This document shows, piece by piece, positions 53,836 through 64,000 of a stretch of 64,000 nucleotides of DNA. The notes under the pieces are model-generated. The model searched no databases. It had not been told where the DNA came from and was given only the letters and a program-made list of their open reading frames with translations. The stretch covers positions 106,454,001 through 106,518,000 of the forward strand of contig NC_043002.1 of the NCBI RefSeq assembly GCF_006345805.1, in the 5' to 3' direction. Position 1 is the stretch's first letter. Each line of letters begins with the position of its first letter. Source of the DNA: Octopus sinensis (lineage: Eukaryota). Both the position numbers and the translations under genes were made by a program.

Positions 53836-54657
53836 CTTTTACCTACTCCATGATGGGACACCTCTTTATCTAAAGGAGGTTTTGTTGCTTACATAACTCC
53901 CGTATTTAGAGGTAGCCTATATTAAGTCCAACAACCTGCTAGAAAGAGTAGCAAAATCTCCAAATTTACATTCTGGGAAAAAAAATGACACACTGATTTA
54001 CAGTCTGGGAAAAAAAATGACACACTGAATAATGCATTTTTCAATATAGTATATATGAATAAAAGATGTGATGGTCAAGGGTGGAATGTCTTTGATCATG
54101 TAACTGCTGCATCAAGACTGGCCTGGCAGCTAAACAACAAGAATTTCATGTTAAGGGTGGGCAGGGTAAATTTAATTCATCAACCCATTTAACATCACTC
54201 TCAAGCAACTGGGTCCCTTTAGTATAGGGTTCGTTGTGGGACAAGCATTCAGAAGAGGCTTCTGGTCTGATGAAAACTCACTATGGGTTCTTCTGCAACA
54301 CATGTCAACCTAAACTGTTCCTGAAGTCTGCAGCGAGACAGGAGAACAATCAGGTGGCAGCAAAGAAGCTTAAGGAGTCCCACAGATTAAACTGGCCTTC
54401 TTTCATCAAGACCAATTAATATTTATGATTACACACACAAACGAGTATTGTTACAAGTGATTAGAAAACAGAATATCTTAGATACAGAAATACACAGCTG
54501 CACATATGCGCACACATTTACATCATAAGAATTTAGAAATTTCAAGGGGCATGAATTCATTTTTAACAGTGGTGCTCGAAGTAGATAAAGCTATATAGTA
54601 GTATGTAAAGCCCTTTGGATAGCTTTACCTACTTTGAGTTCCACTGTTAAAAACAAA

Positions 54658-54690
<33 letters not shown>

Positions 54691-55206
54691 TGTCCTTGTA
54701 GGTGTGTACATACATGCATACATGTACATACACACAGAGTAATTGTCACACTTAGTGCTACCAAGACCAATCTTGGCTGTAAAAAAACTCCACAAGATTT
54801 TCCTTTAGAAACATCACAATGATGGCACATTACAAAACAAGGATACTGACTTTTGTTTTAGCTAATTTGTTTTCTAAACTTCACAGTGTAAAGTATATAC
54901 AAAGAGGTTAGCAAACAGCAGTGGCATACACAGGTGTTGATGCTTAACCTGCAGTGAAATCTTTTGGGGTTTTCACTACTGTTCAAGGGTATATTTTGTT
55001 AAACAGACCAATACAAAGTTGGAGATCAATAGCAGGTAGGATGAGGTGAGGTGTACAATATCTCTTAACAAAATGTTCCAAGATATGTAGACACAATCAG
55101 TGTCAACACCAGATCATTGTTACGCAATTGCTTCCCAGTCGAAGATCATGTTTTTGATATGTGGAATAAAGAATTTTAAAATGTTCACTAAGAAAAAGTT
55201 ATTTTT

Positions 55207-55239
<33 letters not shown>

Positions 55240-55330
55240 CACACACAACTGTCTTAAGTTAATGTTTGAGCCATGTTATTTGAGTTATATTAAAACCTTA
55301 ACCATTCATTTATAATTTGATATATGTATA

Positions 55331-55414
<84 letters not shown>

Positions 55415-55961
55415 GTGTGTGTGTGTATACATACATATAGGTGTGTGCATGCAAGTCAATGGATTATGTACTCACATACAATCATAAGTAACTCAAACAT
55501 ACTCCTTCCAACATGTGTGTATGTGTGTGTGTGTATGTTGCGTCCCTCTATGTTTTTGTATAAAAAATATCAAACAAAAAGGGAAAATACAGTAAATATT
55601 TACATACATATACCTACACACACATATATACATATATACACATGTGTGTATGTGTCCTGAAGTGGGGTACAAAAAAAAAAAAAACCCCACCAAAACCTAC
55701 ATGTTACCTTTTTCCCTTTCTGTATTAATGACTGCTGTAGAAGTGTATGATGATGATTATGATGATGGTGATGATGATGATAAGATGGAGAAAAGACCAC
55801 AAGCTTTGACGGAGGGAAGGTTTTAGTTAATTACGTCGACACCATTACTCAGCCCCAGAAGGATGACAGGTAAAGTAGACCTCCGTACAATTCAAACTTA
55901 AAATATAAAGGGCCAGAAGAAATACAATGGGGAAATATTCTGCCGATCCTAATTCTGTTAT

Positions 55962-56348
55962 TCTTTCATTTGTTTCAGTCAATTGACTGTGGCCGTGCTG
56001 GAGCACCAACTTTAGTCGAGAAAATCAACCCTAGGACTTACTCTTTGTAAGCCTACAACTTATTCTATCAGTCTCTTTGCCGAACTGCTAAGTTACAGGG
56101 ACGTAAACACACCAGAATCAGTTGCCAAGCGATGTTGGGAGGGACAAACACAGACAAACACACACACACACACATATATATACGACGGGCTTCTTTCAGT
56201 TTCCATCTACCAAATCCACTCACAAGGCTTTGGTCAGCACAAGGCTATAATAGAAGACACTTGCCCAAGGTGCCATGCAGTGGGACTGAACCCAGAACCA
56301 TGTGGTTGGTAAGCAAGCTACTTACCACACAGCCATGCCTGCACCTAA
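55962..56348 (-). mobile_element. CpG-decayed SINE family A, full length
   Basis: Colinear with 1644-2063, with many CG to TG/CA changes. Confidence 0.88.
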
Positions 56349-56796
56349 TAATAATAATAATATATAATAAGGACATTTTGGTCAGTGGTTTTTGTCAGAG
56401 ACATGTAGTTAATTAGAATGAATTTCAGCTCTTGAAATTATGAATAATATCTTTTTTTTAACCAACCACAAAGGGCAAATGACACATTTTGACTATTGTA
56501 GGATTTGAACTCAAAACTTAAGAAGGAAATAACGAAACACTGCAAGACTTTGTGTCAACCACTCAACTGGTTCTACCATCTGCCATTCATTGATAATGAT
56601 CTCTATGACCAGGTCAGGGCTTCAAGTTTAGGAGGAGGAGTCAATCCTATTGACCCTACAATTTTACTGGTATTCACTTTACTGACATCAGAATGGTTTG
56701 AACTCAGAGCATACAGGGACACAACTGAATACCACAAAGCATTTTGTTCGATGCTCCATCAATTCTGCTAATCCATCACCATCTTCATAATAGTTG

Positions 56797-56848
<52 letters not shown>

Positions 56849-57354
56849 GGCTGATGATGCTGATAATGATGATGATGATGAAAAACCATAATGGCATACA
56901 AACATGTTCATCATTTGATATGAAATGGCCGGTACAACTTAAATGAGAAGAGAAACACTGCTTATAAAGACGTTGACAAATTAGTTGTAAAGATAGACAT
57001 AGGCACATTAAAAAAAAAACATTCTTTTTGATGTTAGAAAAGATAACTTTGATGTATCTCGCAGATCAGTGAAAAAAATTTAAATAATACTAATAATAAT
57101 AATAATAATAATAATAATTTGAAAAATTTACATATTTGTATCAAAAGAGTAAACAAAAAAAAAAACAGGTTTTGTGATAAAAGTATATACAGATTAAAGT
57201 GCCTTTTCAATAAACTCTACTTCAGCCATTGTGGCTGACAAACATTGTAAACAGGTTGTTCTCCCAGGGACAGAAATTAGGGATCAGAGGAGCATCAGGG
57301 TGTAGTAGCAGTTGCTCCGAGAAATACCATACAAACACTCCACCAGAATGTGTG

Positions 57355-57877
57355 TGGGGTGTGTGTGTGTGTTTGTGTACATATATATACATTTATATAT
57401 AGATACATGTATATATATATATACATACACACACATGTACACGTATATATATACATACATATATATATATACAAGTATATGTATATATATATATATACAC
57501 ACATGTACACGTATATATATACATGTATACATATATATATATATATACATGTATATGTATATATACATATATATATACATATATATACATATATATATAC
57601 ATATATATAATATATATATATATATATATACATGTATATGTATATATATACATATATATATATATATACATGTATATGTATATATACATATATATATATA
57701 CATATACATGTATATGTATATATACATATATATATACATATACATGTATATGTATATATACATATATATATACATATACATGTATATGTATATATACATA
57801 TATATATATACATATATATGTATATATACATATATATGTATATATACATATATATATACATATATATGTATATATAC

Positions 57878-57908
<31 letters not shown>

Positions 57909-57925
57909 TACATATATATATACAT
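57355..57925. repeat. (TA)n/(TACA)n compound array
   Basis: Direct reading. Confidence 0.95.
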
Positions 57926-58161
57926 TGAGTCAGCAGAATATTATTAATCACAAAAATCAAAAATATTTCCATAATTTTTTTTATAACATTTATAATTTTC
58001 AGGGTTTCAAAAATATTTTTTTTTGTATTCTTAGAGCGTAGGCTGACAATAAAACACACAATATGTATATACTTGTGTGTGTGTATGCATGTGTGTGCTG
58101 GCTCTACTTCACAAATGAAGGAAGGAAGAAATGAAATTGACCCTTAATGATATACTCTTGT

Positions 58162-58208
<47 letters not shown>

Positions 58209-58337
58209 TTTATATATGTATATATACATATATGTGTGTTTATGTATATATATATATATATATGTATATTTATATGTATATATTTATATATATGTATATA
58301 TATATACAAAGGCCCCAAGATGATAAATAGAGCTCAA

Positions 58338-58369
<32 letters not shown>

Positions 58370-59690
58370 ACAGAGTTGGCATGTATACAATTGGGTAGGA
58401 GAGGAATGAACAAAAATAATATATAAAATAAATAAAATACCTGGGAATGTGGTGTGTATACACAGGTGTGTATATATGTATGCACATATACGCATATATA
58501 TGTGCCTATGTATCTTGGTGCACATGTATACACGTATGCGCATACACGCACTGATAAATTGTAGACGATGATGATAATGAACAGTGACTGCTATGCGGAT
58601 GATGATGACTATTATTCTTAATACATCATGATATGATGATGATGATGACAGTGGTGGGGGGGAACACACCTCATGACAACATGTGTGTGTGTGTGTGTGT
58701 GTGTGTGAGTTGTCATAGAATATCCAGTTTACTTCCCAAAGTCAACCAGCTGCCACTAGACAAGACACACCACTCTCCATAACTGACAGTCTAGCTAGCA
58801 GAGTAACATAGCTATCATTGTGTTGTGCTCCTTAGACAAGACACATCACTCTTCTTGCTTCAGTGAAACTACCTCAGTAGTTAATGCCATTCCAGCCTTT
58901 GTACTGAGCTAAGGCATATCACAGCTGAGCCTGATCACAACAGTATGTGGAATTTAGAGTAGACAAAAGCAAACCCTAAATGACATGGTTAAGAGTTGTT
59001 CAGAAAATCCCTACAACTCTTATTAAGATTATTTTTCATAAATATAGATATCCAAAACTTTGTAGAACTATCCAACCCACTAAAAGAGATAAATAATTAG
59101 TAAAATAAAACAAGAACAATATATGTGGTTATATAGTTGATCAGTACAATTAAGAAGTGTGACATTTGGGATGAGGAATGACCCCTCTTTCAATTCCCTA
59201 TCCAGGTTAACACTCATCTTCCTTCTCTCATCATCCAATCAACCGACAAGTGTAAGATGAATGAGTGAGGAGGTGCTAGAGCGTTGGGGCTTAATTTTTT
59301 TGACATGTTTTCATAATGAGTTTTACAGTCTTTATTTTACAAGTTAGGAGACTGAAGTTTACTGTTAATTGATGTTTTATATACAAAAACTATCATCACC
59401 ACCATCATCATCATCATTACCAAAATCATCATCACCAACATTAACACTGTTATCATCATCTTCATCATTATTATCATCAAGGTGAAACAACAGATGGGAG
59501 TTTTCTCTGCTGTTCAAACAATATAGTTATGACCCCCCCACCACCACCACCACCACAGAAGACTGGTGAATAGAGAACCATTAATCATTAGTTAATAACA
59601 TAATATTTATAACAGAATTGTTAATATTAAAATAATTATCTTTATCATCATCACTGATAAAATTATTGTTGTTGTTGTTGTTGCTATCAA

Positions 59691-60832
59691 TTATAAAAAT
59701 TCTTTCTCCAGCTCAGATATATTAGGGACACGGTTTCTAGAGTACATCATTTGTGATTCCATAAGGGGCTGAGTACTGTCTTGGCTTTGACCCTCCACAT
59801 CAATATCAAGGAGGTTATGTGGAGAGATGTTGCCAGGCGAGAGTCTGGACCGAGTCGATCCATAAGGAGTAGATTCATACGGTGAATCACGCCTTTGTGT
59901 GTAAGGTGCATGCGGTTGATTAGAGTACCATCCCGATGGGGTCGGTTGACGACCGAGGTCCAGAGTTGAGGGTGGTTCAACAGGCCTTGAACTGTATCCC
60001 CACTTTGGAGGTAGGGGTTGCGTGTCCTGTACCCACCGTTCAGTGAGGTGGTAACTCTCATAATCGTGGGCAGGGTTTGATGCAGTGGAGGTATTTGACG
60101 GTGTACGTTTGTGGGTATAAGTAGGTAGTTTGTAATCAGGGTTTTGTTCGTCTTCAAATGTAACAGAGAGACGGTGTGTGCTTGGGGGTTTTGAAGTCCG
60201 AGCAGAATCATAATTACTACCTTCAGAGGACTGCCTCTGGAAGGCAGATGGATTGTACTTCTCGGATGCTAAACTTATTAAAACTGATTCACTAGAGGCT
60301 TGAGATGTACCTGGGTACATCTCAGCTTCATTTTGACTTAACTCACTAGAAGGCTGTTCACAAAAATGAATGGGTTTGTCGAAACTTGGAGTTGGACGGT
60401 AACGTGTTGGTACGCCATGGTAGGTGTTGTGAGTATATGAATTATGACCACCAGATGGAGCTTTGTAATCGCCTTCAGTTGCAGAGGCAACCTGGTTCCA
60501 CATAGGAGGGAAATAAGGATCCTGTCCTTTATAAGTGGAATCCTTCCTAGCAGGCCCTACACGGCCCTCATTAGCACTTCTCCATGGTGAACTGTCAGTG
60601 GGGGTGTGTGCATTAGGATGCACAGCACCCTTGTTGGAGATACGAATGTCATAGCCAGCACCGAAAACTGCTAATATGGCTGCCATGTTATATAACTCGA
60701 CGTCACACTGCTTACGGACTGAGAACCGTTTGAGGGTGCTGCCATCTACAGGTGAAGATGTGCTAGGGGTGCGCATAGTTGGAGGAATGCCGAATCTGTC
60801 CAAGTCAATGGGCCAAATATCTTCATCATCAT
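59691..60832 (-). CDS. MAP3K9: Terminal coding exon of a mixed-lineage kinase (MLK; MAP3K9/10/11/21 or slipper-like)
   Basis: ~380-codon non-repetitive Ser/Pro-rich frame; acceptor TTCTGTCTTTTCTAG at 60833-34 (phase 1); C-terminus LLDIDVEGQSQDSTQPL...ISELEKEFL matches my recollection of MLK tails (LLDxDxEGQSQDSTVPL; ELEKEFL). Paralogue assignment is uncertain. Confidence 0.78.
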
Positions 60833-61033
60833 CTAGAAAAGACAGAAATGGAGAAAATAAGATGGTGTTAACGACAGTGGGGAGGGGGGGAGCAGTAATG
60901 ATGGTGATGGTAGTGGTGATAATGGTGAGAATGATGATGGTGGTGATGGGCAATGAGGATGGTAAAACAACAGAAAACAATTATTTACATTATTTACATT
61001 TGACGGATATTTGTCCTCATTTTGTTTGTTGTT

Positions 61034-61079
61034 AACACAACATTTCAGCTGATATACCCTCCAGCCTTCATCAGGTGTC
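61034..61079 (-). ncRNA. Minimal type I hammerhead motif (left arm)
   Basis: GACAC-CUGAUGA-A-GGCUG-GAGGGUAUAU-CAGCU-GAAA-U-GUU-GUGUU. Confidence 0.65.
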
Positions 61080-61126
61080 TTGGGGAAATTTCGAACCTGG
61101 GTTCTCATTCCTAAGGTATTTTTCAA

Positions 61127-61163
<37 letters not shown>

Positions 61164-61320
61164 GTTATTCAGGTCACTGCCTGGAATCGAACTTGGAATC
61201 TTGGGGTTAGTAGCCTGCGCTCTTAACCACTACGCCATATGCCCGAAGACATATGGTGTAGTGGTTAAGAGCACGGGCTACTAACCACAATATTCAGAGT
61301 TCGATTCCAGGTAGTGACCA

Positions 61321-61359
<39 letters not shown>

Positions 61360-61409
61360 GCATCGAAAAATACCTTAGGAATGAGAACCCAGGTTCGAAA
61401 TTTCCCCAA

Positions 61410-61456
61410 GGCACCTGGTGAAGGCTTGGAGGGTATATCAGCCGAAACGTTGTGTT
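61410..61456 (+). ncRNA. Minimal type I hammerhead motif (right arm, core A6 to G)
   Basis: GGCAC-CUGGUGA-A-GGCUUG...CAGCC-GAAA-C-GUU-GUGUU. Confidence 0.55.
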
Positions 61457-62194
61457 AACAACAAACAAGATGAGGACAAATATCCGTCAAATGTAAATAA
61501 TGTAAATAATATAAATAATGTAAATAATTTCGCGTCTCTCAAATATAGAACTGTAAAAGAAAACCACATGCCAAAACAATACTCCATGCAACAATAACAC
61601 ATCGTCAGTTTCTGAAGGGACATTACTTACAAAGTGGGATTGTGTTACAAGTCCTGCTACAACAACCAGTCACCAGTCATGCTGGGTCACTGTGCTACAG
61701 AGCATGCTGGGACAATATCTCAATCCATGCTGGGAAATACAATTCTAAAATAAACTCATACAACAAAACATGCTGAGAAGTAAACATCTTGACCCCTCAA
61801 TGGTCAATACCACTCTCACCCCCTCTCTCAAGAGGGGCCAAGAAAAGGGGTATTCACTGCTGGATATGACAAGTTAAAAACCATTCACTGTGCCCAATCC
61901 ATCAATCCTTTAAGTAGAACCGTCTCCCTCCTCATACCCCTCTCTCCTTCCAGTGGATTTAACTCACCTATCCACTTACTCAACCCCAACCCTTTCTATC
62001 ATTTCTCTTATATTCACCATTTTGTAAGTTGAGGGGACACCCTGACACCTTTTTTATCTTTTTCCAACAGGGGTAACAACACACCTCTATCTATCCCTCA
62101 ACCATATTTCATTCTCTCTTCACCAAGCACAAAGCCGCCTCTCTCAAAACTACACCCCACTTCATTTCTGGGTTCTTCTCTTGAAAGTCGCTTG

Positions 62195-62400
62195 ATAACG
62201 TCGCTGGTGCCAGTGCCACATAAAAACCCCCCAGTACACTCTGTCAAGTGGTTGGCATTAGGAAGGAGATTCTACATTGGAAACCATACCGAATCAGACA
62301 TTGGAGCTTGGCACAATGTTCTGGATCACTAACATCTGTTGAACTGTCTAGTCAGTGCCAGCATGGCGAACAGCTGTTAAATGATGACGATGATGATGTG
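62195..62400 (+). mobile_element. SINE family E 3' part (RTE-like tail, (GAT)n end)
   Basis: GGTTGGCATTAGGAAGG...GCCAGCATGG...TTAAATGATGACGATGATG. Confidence 0.7.
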
Positions 62401-62769
62401 AGACACAGTTCACTGCTATATATAATCCACCTTACTGTAAAGAGGTAAACCCCACCTAACCTGCACCTCTCTACAAGGATTATGGTGAAATAAAGTTCGC
62501 TGTTGTAAGAAATCAACTCAGTTGGAGAGTAAAAGTGCATTTGTTAAGGGAATCAGATACCATAACAAGGTGAAGTCCTCCCAGATGTAACAAGCACTGT
62601 ATGACATAGAAGTGGCCGTTTATTTGCACAGCTCAGTTCAAAATCTTCCTGAACAAATTACACTTTACTATCCAGGGAACAAAACCTCTTCATAACTGAT
62701 ACAAGCCCAAGTATGTTAAGACATATTTTGCTGGATACAATAGGAGTGAAATAGAAATGAAATAATAAC

Positions 62770-63350
62770 ATCATCATCTCCATCGTTTAACATCCACTTT
62801 CCTTGCTGGCATGGGTTGGACAGTTTGACTGAGGACTGGTGAGCTAGAAGACTGCACCAGGCTCAATCTGATTTCGCAAAGTTTCTACAGCTGGATGCCT
62901 TTCCTAATGCCAACCACTCCGAGAGTGTAGTGGGTGCTTTTACGTGCCACCGGCACGAGGGTCAGTCACGCAGTTCTGGCAACAACCACACTCAAAAGGT
63001 GTTTTTACATGCTACCTGCATGGGAGCCAGTCCGGCAGCACTGGCAATGACCACGCTCGAATGTTGTTCTTCACGTGCCACCAGCACATGTGAGGTATGG
63101 CAACGCTGGCAACAATCACACTCGAATGGTGCTTTTCATGTGTCACCGTCACAGGAGCCAATCCATGGCGCTGGCAATGATCACACTCAGATGTGCTTTT
63201 AAAGTCCCACTGGCATGAGTGCCAATCAGGCAGTATTGTCATCGGCCACGTCAGCGATTTTAATTCATTTACACCTGCCTCAATAGGTCTTCGCAAGCCA
63301 AGTTTATTGTCCAATGAATGAGGTGTATTCATAAGTGGGCTGGTCACACC
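62770..63350 (-). mobile_element. SINE family E with internal ~60-bp tandem units
   Basis: Plus strand CATCATC...GGATGCCTTTCCTAATGCCAACC; repeated CTGGCAAyrAyCACrCTC...GTGCTTTT units. Confidence 0.75.
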
Positions 63351-64000
63351 CCACATTATATATATATATATTGTATCATATAATCTATAACATATACCAT
63401 ATATTAAAGGAAAGATGACCAAATAGTCATGTCTCCAGTCACAGTTTAATAATCAGTTCACCTCGCTGTCAGTAATATACACCAGATCAATATGGTTCAA
63501 CCTCAGTGGCCCCAATCAGTCCACCAGAATAGTGTGGTTTGGTATCAGACCACAGTCCACCAAGCTGTAAGTAAGGTGAACCAGATTCATGTGGTTTACT
63601 TAGATTACATTCAATTTACCAAGCTGTTAGCAATTGACACTCGATCAAAGAGGCTGCATCTCAGATCAGAGTCCATCAATCCATTCACCACTTAGTTATC
63701 AGCAACTGGTACCATATCCATGTGGCTCAGTCGCAGAACACAGTACACCTAGCTGCTAGTAATGTGTATCAGGGCAATGTAGTTCATGATCAGACTATAG
63801 TCCACCAATCAATTCATTTGGCTAACAGACACACATACCAGAACAATACGATTCCAGAGGAGATTACCTCTGTCAGGTTGAGAAATACCCTGACCACCAC
63901 AACAGACAGTGGCTTATTGAATGTGATGGCACAGTACAAGGGAGTGAGATTATTCTGTCAAGCAACATTTTTCTTTGTCCCTTTATAATGAAGTAATTAA

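Larger units (their letters stand above)
60980..61553. mobile_element. Head-to-head inverted pair of a tRNA-headed, hammerhead-bearing SINE-like element
   Basis: 60980-61241 is the near reverse complement of 61250-61510, 8-bp spacer; A-box TGGCGTAGTGG, B-box AGTTCGATTCC, (AAT)n, HHR motif, (TGTAAATAA)n tail. Confidence 0.85.

Noticed and set aside
54150-54420. Possible exon or ORF (54234-54419)
   Set aside because: No recognisable motif, and candidate acceptor frames close quickly
60833-60980. N-terminal 49 codons of the 429-aa ORF
   Set aside because: Low-complexity intronic sequence upstream of a good splice acceptor
61625-61720. Possible upstream MLK exon at a GTAAGT donor (61630)
   Set aside because: In-frame stop close upstream in the required phase and no good acceptor

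Overview
AT-rich, repeat-dense animal DNA. The (GATA)n/(CATA)n/(TA)n/(CA)n/(AAT)n microsatellites and tRNA-derived SINE families resemble an Octopus genome (inferred, not verified). One host coding exon is supported: the last coding exon (59691-60832, minus) of a mixed-lineage kinase (MLK/MAP3K9-10-21 family), whose upstream exons probably lie beyond the window. The rest is mobile DNA: SINE families I label A-E, four tandem R4/Dong-type LINE copies tied to (AAT)n arrays (one keeps an open RT+CCHC+RLE frame), RTE remnants, two Tc1/mariner fossils and Helitron/Helentron-like non-autonomous elements. The most striking signal is a set of type I hammerhead ribozyme (HHR) motifs in unrelated Penelope-like repeats. 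Two HHR-bearing units occur as head-to-head palindromes with a ribozyme on each strand, and one of these has a tRNA-derived Pol III head and sits just upstream of the MLK splice acceptor. SINE copies beyond ~43-46 kb show CpG decay, suggesting a methylated transcription unit and possibly a very long MLK 3' UTR. Most long ORFs in the track are microsatellite translations. All structures were derived by eye, without alignments or folding programs.
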